A stretch of 63,148 nt of DNA, counting the filler, from Intoshia linei (taxonomy: Eukaryota; Animalia; Orthonectida): assembly GCA_001642005.1 (NCBI GenBank). It is 6 parts of 6 records of this genome, joined end to end, with 100 filler letters (N's around TTAATTAATTAA, not from the genome) between each part and the next. Parts side by side here need not be neighbours in the genome. Positions count along the whole stretch, not along the records: positions 8,444 to 37,153 come from LWCA01000410.1; 5 more parts are not named here. One strand, given 5' to 3'. Below, piece by piece: positions 10,850 to 23,427 of this stretch. The position numbers and the translations under genes are program-made. The notes below the pieces were generated by a model. That model ran no database searches. It saw nothing but the letters and a program-made list of their open reading frames with translations, and was not told where the DNA came from. The first letter of the stretch is position 1, and every line of letters begins with the position of its first letter.

Positions 10850-13705
10850 TACAATAGTTTCATTACTGAAGATGCACTATATGCACTTTCTCAGAGTGAA
10901 ATTTATCTTATTTTCGGTGCCATAAAAACTTGAATTTTTTAAATTTCTGGGATCGTCAGTTTTCCAAATAAATGGTTACAATAATTACTATAATCATTGA
11001 TTATAGAAATTTTTACTTTTACTTATTATTAATTATAGATATTTAAACATACCAACATTTATAAATACAGATTTTTCAAAAAATGAATCATTAGTTGAAA
11101 TTTTCATGGATGAACTTGCATAATGATTAAAATTATCAGCAGTTAATATCACAAAATTTTCATTTAGTTCGTTTAAATGCTCAAATAGTATATTGTAATA
11201 ATAGTCTTCCAGAAATGCCACAATGACCCGTGATTTACTCGAATCTTTTAAAATATTGACATAATTTTTAATTGATAAGGTTGCATTGTCAGATAGAGAT
11301 ATTCCATGAATAAAATCTCGGCATAAACCGGCTAAGAATCAATAATAAATTTTTAATTTCATTATATAATGCAGGGTTTCACAACCTAATATAAACTATC
11401 CAATAGTGAAAATACTTGGAAACCAGAATTCCAACGTACATGAATTGTATATGATAAGTAAGTCAAGTTTTTACTAGTGCGCGTCACATAATTAGCATAA
11501 AATATTTTTTTTAAATGTAAAATCAATATTTACATTTTCAATTTTTATTTTAATCAAAATATTTGAAAAATATTTGTTGATAATATATAATAAAAAATTA
11601 TTTTTCGTCGGGAATGCGTAGATTTCTCGGGTTGAACTTTTGTATTTATATCAACTGGAATAAGCTCTATCAGAAGAATATTTTTTTTAATTTTCGGACC
11701 ATTAATTATTTAACATTTTTTGTTTTAATAAAATATTTCGAAAAAAAATATATGAGTACTAAAATGCTTTTTTGACTGTGAAATCGTCACTTATTTGGAT
11801 TAAAATTTTTTGAAATTCTAGGGCTGTTTTCATTAAAAAAAGAAGGGTAATTTGGGGTTTTGGCTCCTGAAGATATTTTTTTTAAATTTAAATTTATGAT
11901 AATGTTTATGATTTTAAAATCCGTATCAGCGTTTTTAAATTCTCCAATTTGTCTGATTTTCAAAAAGAAGGACAATTGGGGTAAAAGTGATTTTTCTATA
12001 GACCTTGAAATGGTATTTTTTATTAAAACGGTAATAATATGTAAATATTCAAATTTGTATTATTAAATTTTATTACTAGTCTGTAAAAGTATTAAATTTG
12101 TCATTTTTTTCAGATAAATATATCGTCGGTCGTCTAAGATTTCAGAGTCTGAAATTCAGACTAAATCGCAAGACCTGTCAACATTTAGAATAAAATTACA
12201 ATTAAATAAAATTTTGAATATAAGTTTTGGTAAACATTTAGAATCAAATTAAAATATTATTTTATTTTTGTAAACTACATTATTATCTAAAAAATCATAC
12301 CTTTATCCCACCATTAATAAAATGTACTAATATATATTTTTATTTTATTTTTAAATATAACATTTTTGCGGGTAATAAAAACCAGCAAATCGACCACCTT
12401 TGATAATGATAACACAAAGGTTGTGAACATCTGATTTAAATTATAAATTTTGAATATTAAATATACAGTATTTAGTTTTGGCGGCAGTAGTAATAAACAC
12501 TTTGAAATTAGAAGAAGCATATCTTGAAGTTGAATAGAGAAGCGAGTAATATTTTAAATTTAAATCATTCATTGTTTCAAGTATGGCTTTAATGTGATAC
12601 TTGTCTATCGGAACAGAAGTGTATCTAAAATTAAATTTTATTAAAGTTTATTTAAATTTAGACCAGCGGTTCCCAAAATACTTCACAATTTTTGCCCGCA
12701 CACTTGCAAAAACAAACATTTGGTACCCCTATACTAATTTTGATTCGTTGTAACCATGATATCGCTGCATTAGAATAATTAAATTAAAAAATTTTAAATA
12801 AATAGTTCACCACTACCTTTAAAACTCTATTACACCAAAAACTGATATGTATCTGAAAAATCGTTAATCATTAAACTATCACATGAGTTTAATAATATTT
12901 TTGTGCTATAAGTGCTCCACATGGACTACATTGAGATGATTTTAAATAGGATTTCTTCAATTAAATATTTAGCTTTAATGGTTCATAAATGTAAATAAAA
13001 AATATTAAATGTACGATCTGGGTCTATCTTTATTGATAAATTGAGTCATTGTCGCACCAATCGAGAAAAAATCAAAATCGCTATTTTTTGAGCTAAACAC
13101 TAATCCAATATTCGCAGCAAATTCGCTAAAGAATAAAATTTAAAGAAATGTAACAAGCAATGACTATTTGACATTATGAATAATGCATAATTACATACCT
13201 GTCTTCACCACCAATAACACCTATTGTTTTAACAACAGTCAAATCACACCGTTCAAAATGGATTGCATTCAATATTGCTGTCGTAGCATTATTCTTAAAA
13301 AATATTCATCATATTTAAGCAAAATCGTACCTGATGGTTCAAATATAAAGGATTGATAGCATCATATCCTTCTAATGCCAATTCCATTGCAGCAATGATC
13401 ATGAATCTTCGAACAGTTTTAAAATCATTAGCTAATGACGCATCTTTAGGAAATAAACTCCACAGATAATGACGAAAAATGGTCGCACCACCATTATGAC
13501 TCTTATAATTTTTGTCAGTTGAAACATTTAATGGTGACAAATCTGTATGAAATGCAATCCATTTTTTTGAATCTAAAAATTTTAATTTTTAAAACTTTTT
13601 TGTAAATTCATTACTTCTTGTACCATAAATCCAATCACAACTATCACTTGCTTCAAGATTGCGAAAAAATAAAATGCATGAAATGTACACTAGAAAAAAA
13701 AACAT
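10850..13705 (-). CDS. Divergent class C GPCR / ANF-receptor-type Venus-flytrap ligand-binding domain protein with signal peptide; multi-exon, 3' structure uncertain, possibly disrupted
   Basis: MFFFLVYISCILFFRNLEAS (ATG 13705), then AAMELALEGYDAINP, IGVIGGEDS, YTSVPIDKYHIKAILETMNDLNLKYYSLLYSTSRYA...F...A...CI, SRVIVAFLED...FVILTAD. This parallels mGluR-family motif order (AM..AI, VGVIG, VP.D..QA.AM, YVS.V.S...YG, CI, ARVVVLF). Confidence 0.6.
11505..11980 (-). repeat. Internal fragment of the Helitron family
   Basis: Close match to ~9890-10350 (gtagatttct..ttttgtatttatatcaactggaataagctctatcag..ttttcggaccattaatt). Confidence 0.85.
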
Positions 13706-14249
13706 TTTAGTTGTGCGCGCTGTGTCAATATTTGCATTATTTTAATCTGTGCATTGTACAATTTAAGTGTATACTAAACGGTACTAAATTTATGAATAAT
13801 TTTATTTGTCATAAATAGAGTTTATAACTCGTTTATAGCAAGCTAATTTTGTATATGAGGTTTAAAATATTTTTAAATCAAAAAAATACTGTACATTCAA
13901 ATAAATCTTATGAGATTAAGTTTATTTAACTTTTTTTAAGAATTCAATATAGGGGTGTGATACGGAAAAAGGAAATAATATAAATTATATTTAAATATTA
14001 TTTTGATATTTTTATTTTTTGTATGTATTTATGAAGATTGTTTTTTTACTAAACAACACAAGTAATTTCAGATTATTTTTTTAACCAAACCTTTAAGGGG
14101 AGAGTTTTTTAAAATTTTGTTTACCGAGCATATGATATGTATAATTTTTATATTATGAAAATTGAGTGTTATTTACCCTAAATCTTTTGATATATTTATA
14201 ACATTTGACAGCAAATATGTATTATTCGTATAACTGCTATATAGTATCA

Positions 14250-14960
14250 TCCTTACTTATATAATATGCTATGCGATATTTGTTTGTGTGTATGTGTGTG
14301 TTACCGTTTATTTCAATAACTACCAGTCTTAGATTTTTATAAAGTCCACATTTCAATTACAGGTTTTTCCGGGGGTGTTAGCAAAATCAATTTCAACCTC
14401 CCAAACTCACATTTTACTGGTGAAAAATCCCAATTATACTTTTTTTTGAAAGTCAAACGAGTTGGAGAATTCAAAAAACGATATACGCTAATACGGATTT
14501 TAAAACCATAAACATGATCATAAATTTATATTTAAAAAAATATATCTTCAGTGCCAAAACCCCAAATTACCCTTTTTTAATGATAACAGCCCTAGAATTT
14601 AAAAAAATACACGTGGTACAGTTGTATCCTGTTAACACACACACAAAAAATTTTAATCTAAATAAGTGACGCCTTTACGGTCAAAAAAGCATTTTAGTAT
14701 TCATATATTTTTTTCGAAATATTTAATGCATTAACAAAAAATTTGAAATAATTAACTGTCCTAAAATTAAAAAAAAAAATTATTCTGATAGAGCTTATTC
14801 CAGTTGATATAACTACAAAATTTCAACACCAGAAATCTACGCATTCCCTTTGAAAAATAATTTTTAATATATTATCAACCAAATTTTTCAAATATTTCGA
14901 ATTAAAATAAAAATGAAAATGCAAATTAATTATTATGATCCTACAATTTCAAAAAAAATG
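14250..14960 (+). mobile_element. Helitron family copy, 3'-truncated
   Basis: A|TCCTTACTTATATAATATGC start followed by the family body. Confidence 0.85.
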
Positions 14961-15456
14961 TGATTTTCAATTATAATAGCCCTAGTATTCAGAATTATTC
15001 AATGTTCAAAATGAAAAATGCTCAAATTAAAAGCTGTCAATTCTATAGTACAAGTAAGCGATGTACTGTAAGTACTGTACTTAGTATAAAAAATACACAC
15101 TTGATCAATTTTCTCAAACTCATATCTAAAAAGATGTATTGATATTAATGACTCTTGTATTCGTGTTGAATTTTCAGTATAAAGAATAGTACTTCAGTCT
15201 TAATCATATCCAGTTGATAGTATCTACTTGTATGTTTATAATTTATCATTGCAAACTAATTGATTTGAATTAAATTATAGAATTTGTAAACATTGTTCCA
15301 TATAATTGTTTCGTCGATACACCAGATATAAATTAGTGTACCTTAGACAAAAGCTATTGAAGCAAATCAATTAAATTGCAACTTTTGTTTTGAATTCATT
15401 TAGTTTAAAAAGTTTTGAATTTTATCTAAAAACTAAATGTTTATTAAGACATAATA

Positions 15457-18400
15457 ATGTATTTTATTGATTCACAATATGGCTATGTTAAATATTCAAG
15501 CTCCATCGAATTGTTTATCTATCAAAATATAATTAGTCGTAATTCGTTAATTAAAGGAGGATTTCTAATTGTTGTACTAATTTCTTTATACATTACTTCT
15601 GTTATTGTCATCATTTCTAAAAATTACTTTGTGCCAACCATTGTCAAGTTATGCAAAGGTATTTTATTTTATTAAATACTTAGGTATTTTTTGTATCATT
15701 TTTTATTCTTTTAGTTTACAACATACGCGACGATTTTGCGGGGGTAACCTTTATGGCTGTTGCCTCGTCTCTTCCACAGCTAGTAGCCACAGTTGTCGGT
15801 AAGTCATTAACCTACTAATTATATTTTTATTAATTTCATCCTTTAAGGTGTAGTTGTCACTGAGGATGATATTGGAGTTGGAACAGTGATAGGATCAATG
15901 TTTGTAAATACTTTCATTTCAATTGGTATATGTGCAATTATTGCCTCCAATGTAATTTTATTATCATGATTTTATTGATTTGATCCATATTTAGTGTTGA
16001 AATTTATTGTCTCATAATGAAACTAATCTATTTATTTTTTTTAATCGGTTAATGACTTCAAGATTTTTGACCGACTGATTATGTCACATATTTTTTTGCA
16101 TCGTATTTGAATATTTTTTTCTACACTATTATGTTCCGTATTAATATTATATTAGTTACGTGTTATAAGTTATAAGTTACGTAAATAAAACGAAAGTTCA
16201 TATTTGATATAATTTCATTGTCAAATTTCAAGTCTCTATAATCGAATAAGAATTTTCCTTAAAATTTTCTACTAATTTTTTCCTACGCCTATTTTGGACA
16301 CACTGATCAATTCGAGCCGTTACCAGGCTTTTCACGAGTTTGCAAAATTTTTTAAATTCGAACGTACCAGATGTATCATGTTTTTATATATACGGCTTTG
16401 TGGTCGGAATAATATAAAGGCTAATTCCTAGTTAACGGAATAATTGGTTTTGAAAAACATTCTCGTTAATGGAATTTTTTATAAATAATGATAAATTAAA
16501 GCAGTGATTTCTGATTGAAGTCCAAAATTATATGCCTGGGGCCCGTGAGATTAAAATAAAATATAGAAAAATTTTTATCAAATTTTTTTTATTTTTATTG
16601 GAGAATTTTTAATATATATTACAGAGTTTCTAGATTTTGATTATCTCAAATCCTTGACGACCGCTACTTTATTATTTCAAAAATCCCTCTTTTATCTACT
16701 ATTATAAAATTTAATAAAAAATACCATTTCTACCCTTCAGAGAAAAATTTACTTTTACCGATATTTCTTTGAAAACACCAATTTTACGAAACCTTGTGAA
16801 AAAAATCCACTTAATCAAATCACAAAATAAAAAATCCAAATTTACCAAACCTAAAGGGAAAAATACCATTTTTCCATTATTTTTTTGAAAATTATGATTT
16901 TACCAAATCTTATGACAAAACCCTCTTATTCCAATTCCAAAATAAAATTTCAATATTACAAATGCTTAAGGGAATATCCTTTTTTTTAACATTATTTTGA
17001 AAAATCCGATTGTACTGAATCTTATGAGCAACAACTTTCCAATCCATAAATCAAATTAAAAAAATTCTTTTTTTCCAATATTTTTTTTGGAAAACATGAT
17101 TTTACTAAATTCTATGATGAAAAAATTAAAAGTTTTGAATCAAGAATACAATTAATGACACTTTTATATTCTTCTAGGGATAATTATTAAAAATTAAATG
17201 AAAAATTAAAATTTTTTTTTTGTACTTTGCACAAAAATTTTAAAAAAGGTCACAAAATGGTCAGAGGGTTACATATTGAAAATATATTATATACAACTAT
17301 ATATATGTATGTAGTTCATTTTATGATTGAGTTTTAGATGAATCCAAAAATGAACAAAAATGCAAGCATCAGAGATGCTATTCTATTTTTGATATCTTCA
17401 ATTGCTTTTTTTATAATATTGTACGATGGAATTATTAGATGGTATATATTATATTATATACGTTATACATATACAGATGTACATTATAAATGATAAGTTA
17501 TCAATGATAATTATCATTTATCATTTACATTAGTCAGTATAATTACAAAATTGAGTCTATGATGGCAGGGAATAGAAAATATTTATAATAACGATAATAA
17601 TATATTAATAGTAAGTAAAAAACACAAGTTAAGGTGGATTTTTAATTGAATATTATCAATGAGTTTAGAATCTTAAAAACTACCATTATATTTACCCCTC
17701 TCTCAATATTATATATTATGTATAATTTTAATAATGTTTAAAAAGCATCCATTTATTAAAATAAAAATTTAGGTTTGAAGCTGCTATACTTGTTTTAATT
17801 TACATTATGTATATATTAATAGTGATATTTTGGAATAAAATTTTAAAATTTTTTAAAAAAATTATACCCTCTGATAGTTACAGTGAAAATATACAGCTCA
17901 TCAATAATAACAAATCAACATCAACAATAACAAGTAATATTATTTTTTCTTCATATTTAAAAAATGGTTAAACGATGCTTTAATCGAAATCACATACCAC
18001 TCAAAAACTGAATTTTCACAATTTACCGTATAAGGTACTTTTTATTGTAATTTATTTTTATTTGGATTGTTTCAGTTAATAAAAATCTTTTCGACGTTAA
18101 AAATGTAGTGATACCATTACATTATTGAATCAATTAAAAGCAATAATTTACAATTTTATTTTTATTCTGTTGTCAATACAGGTAACGACACAACGGAAAA
18201 TTTGGAATCACCCACAGACAACCGTAAGCTTTCCAAAATATCAAAACTAATTAAATTACTGGAATATGTAACATTTCCGATTACCGGGTGTTTTAAATGC
18301 CTCAAACTAAATATAAAAATAAATGAAAAAAGTGAAAAAAAAGAAACGAGTCTAAACCAAAAAAATGGAAAAAAAATGTTTTGGATGACTGCATTATTCT

Positions 18401-18932
18401 GTATATTTTTCTCAATTATACTAATTGGTATATCCAGTTACATTCTCATAATATGTGTAACAATTTGCAGTAATTAAAAATGTAACATTTTTTTATGAAA
18501 ATTTAGGTAACCTAACAAATATTCCAACCAGTATAATTGGAATGACCATTATATCAATTGCTTCAAGTTTACCCGATTTAATTAACTCTATAGAAGCTTC
18601 GAATGAAGGTTAAAAAAGTTTATTTTTTTAATTTTTTCATATTAGGTCACATTCAAATGTCATTTAGTAACAGCTTGAGTAGTAATACTTTTGATATCTT
18701 GTTTTCTTTGGGATTGCCTTGGTTTATGAGTTCATTACTACATTCAGAAATTAAAATTACTGAAAATTTGACCTTCCCTTGCTCAATACTAATACTTGCT
18801 GCATTATTCATTTTAATGTCTTTATTTATAAAAAACATTGTACTCACAAAAAAATTTGGAATCATGTGTATTATATTGTATGTGTTTATTCAAATAATTT
18901 GCATTGTTTATTTGAGTATAATGCAAAATTAA
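15457..18932 (+). CDS. K+-dependent Na+/Ca2+ exchanger (NCKX/SLC24-like); exons ~15457-15658, 15714-15798, 15849-15951, 17338-17441, 17773-17933, 18182-18469, 18507-18608, 18646-18932
   Basis: NYFVPTI, DDFAGVTFMAVASSLPQL (alpha-1), DDIGVGTVIGS..N, SIRDA, YDGIIRWFEA, IPTSIIGMTIISIASSLPDL (alpha-2), GHIQMSFSNSLSSNTFDILFSLGLPW. Confidence 0.92.
16680..17120. repeat. Degenerate tandem repeat (~55-60 bp unit) in an NCKX intron; related units at ~5830-5990
   Basis: Recurring aaaatcc(a)aatttaccaaacc(t)taagggaaaat-cc-ttttt units. Confidence 0.6.
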
Positions 18933-20129
18933 ATTTTATTTTACATTTTTTAAATACTTTATTATAGTTTACATTAAAAAGATGTTTCTAAATAAAAATA
19001 AAAAAATAATTGAATAAAACATTATGTGTGTGTTTCCGTTATTTAAAAAATTAAATTCCTAGAATTTAAAAAACACAAATAATTATTAATTTTTGCCAGA
19101 GATTGCTGAATCATCAATTTTATTGTCAGAAATTTGCTTTTTCAGTTCAAGAACATAAATCACCTTTTTATTATTCTACGTTATATAAATTATGACTAAA
19201 AAAATTCAATAAAAATTTTTCTATCGTCAGAAATTTACATTTTCCGACTCAAAAACGCAACTAAAATTTTCGAGTTTATTGAATATTTCATTAAATTGAA
19301 AATTTAGAATCGTACATATTTTTGGTACACTATTTTACTGAGAATTGAAATATCTAAAAAATATGGTTTCAAAGTCGCAAATTTACCTCTTTGTTTTTTC
19401 AATTATCAAATCTGTCTCCTAAGATCATTTTACATTTAAGATCAGAAGTTGTATTATTTTAACCGGGAACGTCGTATACTGGACAATGTGAAATGGTAAT
19501 TTCCTACATAATAACTTGGTCCATTATTCAATTGACAAAAATCTAATATTTACCTGATATCATGTACTATTTTAAACGTAGTTTATCCCAATCTATCTTT
19601 AAAATATGTGTTTATTATCATAATAATTATGTCATTGGAATTTAATATCTGATAATTGCAGCTATTTGTAATTTCCAGTCAAATTTTTTCGTTTAGTCAG
19701 AAATACTACCAAACTGTAAACATTATAATTTTTTATTGCTTCAACACTGAAAAAAATTAATTTTATAAATGGACAGTAAATATGAACATTATAAATTTAT
19801 GAATTAAATTTTTAATAAAAATATCATTGATAAGGCTGAAAGTCAAATTGCACTCCATGAACCGTCTGTATAAATTAGATTGTATCAACTATTGCGCCTG
19901 TAGTACTGCTGGCTACTTAAATTTATTGTTAGACGGTAATATCAATGTATATCCAATAAAATATATAATTTGGATTAGACGTAGACTAAAGACTAAACTC
20001 AGTTTAAATTATTTCAGTTATTTGTTAAAAATAACCACAAAACAAATTGCATGATGGTTGAATAGAGTTGAAATGTTATACATTTTAATTGGTAGTTACT
20101 AAAAAATTAACATTATTATTTGGATTAAA

Positions 20130-21009
20130 ATGGCACCACTGTCGGATATTTTTAAATTTATGGGAAACTCTACAATTATAAAGAGACTCTTATCAATGCA
20201 AATTGCAACACCTACCAATTACAAAAATACTGAATTTGCTAATTCATTACCAATTGAACCCATCGATCCACGTGTCATTAAAGCCTTTTATACATTTTTA
20301 TTAAAGAAATTAATCAATCCTAGTGAGACTTTGGTGGAACTGGAAAAAGTATTGATGGGTAAATATTCAACAAAATCGCCATGCATTTTATACAAGCGCG
20401 AGTCTTTGGACGGTAAAATTGTTGTTAATGGATTATTGTTATCTCCTTTTTTTGTAAGTTGTAAAATTTGGCAATGGCCATTACTAGTTACTGAAAAAGA
20501 AATTGACCCTATTCGAACATGTTCAAATTCTCATTTTAAATCCTCTGCAGATGTCTGCATCAACCCCTATCATTATGAAAAAATAAAAATATCCACATTG
20601 ACCGTTCATGTTCCAAAAAAGAGTAATGCCACCAATAAAATAATTGAATCTAATGATAGCTTTAATCCATATGTTCCGACATTGCATCACCAATCAAATA
20701 TAAATGTGGATGATAATCCCATTCATTTAAAAAAGCATACATTCTCTCAAAGTTCTGATCAAAATCAACAAGTTGATCAATTTAATTTAAATCATTTTTC
20801 TTCACCAATTACATTTGATGAGCCCATGTATTGGTGTAGTATTTCTTATTATGAATATTCTGAACGTGTTGGAGAAACTTTTCAAGCGTCACTACCGGCA
20901 TTTGATGTCGATGGGTTCACTTATCCGTCTAATGCACAACGGTTTTGTCTTGGTCTTTTATCCAATATTAATAGACAAGATAATATTGAATATGTTAGAA
21001 AACATATAG
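20130..21009 (+). CDS. Smad2/3-like R-SMAD, first exon (MH1, linker, start of MH2); downstream exons not found
   Basis: ESLDG, CKIWQWP, VCINPYHYEKI (MH1); PITFDEPMYWCSISYYE..RVGETF..VDGFTYPSNAQRFCLGLLSNINR..RKHIG (MH2), then a GT donor at 21010. GETF and the SNxxRF spacing favour Smad2/3. Confidence 0.93.
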
Positions 21010-22382
21010 GTAAATTTAATTATTCTTATAGTCAGGCCTGTAAATACCCACATTTTCGTATTTCAATATTTATGGCGGTATTGAGAGGTCTAAATGTATA
21101 TTGCAGGAATTCTAGACCATTTCGACCCTGGGCAGAGAATTGTCATAAATTTTTTCATTAATAAAATAATAACACGGGAAAATCAATGTGAATTAAGTTT
21201 AATTAGTACATTATTATACATGCTTTATATTGAGCGTTTCTCAAACAAGAAATGGTTGCGTCACCTAAAAATGATTTTAAATATTTTCAACTTGGTGAGA
21301 AAGGCAGACAATATTATTATTATATATGACACTAAACAACACTGAAAAAAAATTTTGCTTAAAAATAAGACAATATGCAAATATGAATTATAATTTTTAC
21401 ATTCCTGAAAAAATTTTAAAAATGTATCTCGTAGTTAAAGGATTAATTAATATTTAAATATTAATATTAATAAATGTCATGTATGTCAGACATTCTCAAC
21501 CCTTTNTTTTGTATTTATATCAACTGGAATAAGCTCTATCAGAATAATTTTTTTAATAGGTTAAACTTTTGTATTTATATCAACTGGAATAAGCTCTATC
21601 AGAATAATTTTTTTTTTTAAATTTTCGGACCGTTAATTATTCACACATTTTTTGTTATAATAAAATACTTCGGAAAAAAAATTTATTCTAATTGAGCTTG
21701 AAATTTTGTACTGATGTTTTTTAAAGATAGATTTTGACAGATAATTATAATTTATTATTGACATTTTATATGAATATCGAATATGAACTATATACATATC
21801 ATTGATATGATATCGAACTGAAGTTATAAAAATTATATTATTTAAAAATATAATTCTTTTAAATTTTCTAGGGAGTGCGGTGCACACCTTGCATACTATG
21901 ACGCTATGCCACTGCATTGTAATTGACTTTATATAACTTACAAATCATATGATATTGAACATACTGTGTTATAATTTTAATTCGTAACATTTTAATGTTG
22001 TCACGGATAAATAACACTATCACTAAATATACAATTTGGCGCCAACGCTAAAGTGTCATTTGATAAAAAATGAACGATTCTTTGATTAATTATTCAGTAA
22101 ACAACAGGAACATCTCGAATAATAAGGGTAATTTTAATATTAAACAATACACTTTTTAATAAATTGACAAAATTGCAATAAATCCCTTCCAATCTTTAAA
22201 AAATCTCGATAATAAGATTCATTGTGAGTTACAAAACGGTAACGAAATTTTAAATAATTTTACTGACTAATTCTTTTATTAGTTAGTATGTCAATTTTTA
22301 AATTGTAAGCTAGAGTGCTCCAATGGAAAAAAGGGTTGATTAACACTACATTACATGTAATAAGATTAATGTTAATATAAAC

Positions 22383-23037
22383 CAGGATGCACAACCTGTG
22401 GCCGTAGGCAATCCATGTGATCATAATAATTTTGTTTTATTTAGAAAAATTTTATGTCGCTATATCACAGTCAACGTTGCACTGCATTTGAACGTTGTAG
22501 TTTATAATATTTATGTTTAACTATATAAATCTGTGCAAAACGGGTATCTCTTTAAATTGATTTAATTTAAATGTTGTGATTGTGATTAATTGAACAATGC
22601 AATATACCTGGGTTCCCATAATACACAAGGGTTTTTTCACGGCGGACCGGTTATAAATTATAAAATGTATCACAGACCATTAAACCCAAATTACTACGCA
22701 ACATTAAAAAAAATTTGATAAAAATAATAATAATAAACACGTATTAAATTGACTTTCACTTAATAAAAAGTTTTTCACAATTATTTCGCGGACCGGCATT
22801 GGGAAACGCTCCAATATACCATTTTACTTTAAATTAAAAAAGTTTAAAATTTATTTATTTATACATTTTATTCAAGGGTTATTTAAAATATTTTAATCAA
22901 AAATTTACATTTTTAACTTGCCCAGTTTCTTAAATTGCATTTAAACTTTCGCAATGTAAAAGTAAATTTTGTGCGGCCGTAGTAACATTAATTGGAGTAG
23001 CTTTGCGGTCGAATTGATGGAAAGGTTGTGCACCCTG
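22383..23037. mobile_element. hAT MITE
   Basis: TIRs CAGGATGCACAACCT / AGGTTGTGCACCCTG; TSD atataaac / atatagac. Confidence 0.85.
22608..22811. mobile_element. Small hAT MITE nested in the previous MITE
   Basis: Perfect 8-bp TSD caatatac; degenerate TIRs CTGGGTTCCCA / TGGGAAACGCTC; GCGGACCGG motifs near both ends. Confidence 0.75.
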
Positions 23038-23427
23038 ATATAGACAAATGTAGTTTTTGTTATGTATAATTCTACTATGAAGCTCACTAGTATAATGCTC
23101 ACTGCTAACGCCATATTTTCACTTTTTTCACGGTGAATTCATTATTAAAAGTTATGTGGTGTAAATATAAAATCTAAGTACTAACATTTGAGAGAAAATA
23201 AGAATGTTCTACATATACAACAGTGTTTACCAAATACTTGAATGCTTCTGATTATTTTGATTATAAAATCAAAAAATTGATTTAAAATTAAAAAAACGGG
23301 GTAGAAAAAATTGTACAACGTAAATATGACACTTTTGTGAAAACCTGTCACTTTCAAGAGGTTTCATTTGATAGAAGTGGTCACATTTATAGTGTCAACT
23401 ATATAATATTTTAATAAAATTTTACAG

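Noticed and set aside
11787-12066. ORFs here and at 34966, 58039 and 59965
   Set aside because: Chance frames within the non-coding Helitron repeat.
21010-21161. C-terminal tail of the 343-aa Smad ORF
   Set aside because: Read-through past the GT donor into intron and hAT sequence.
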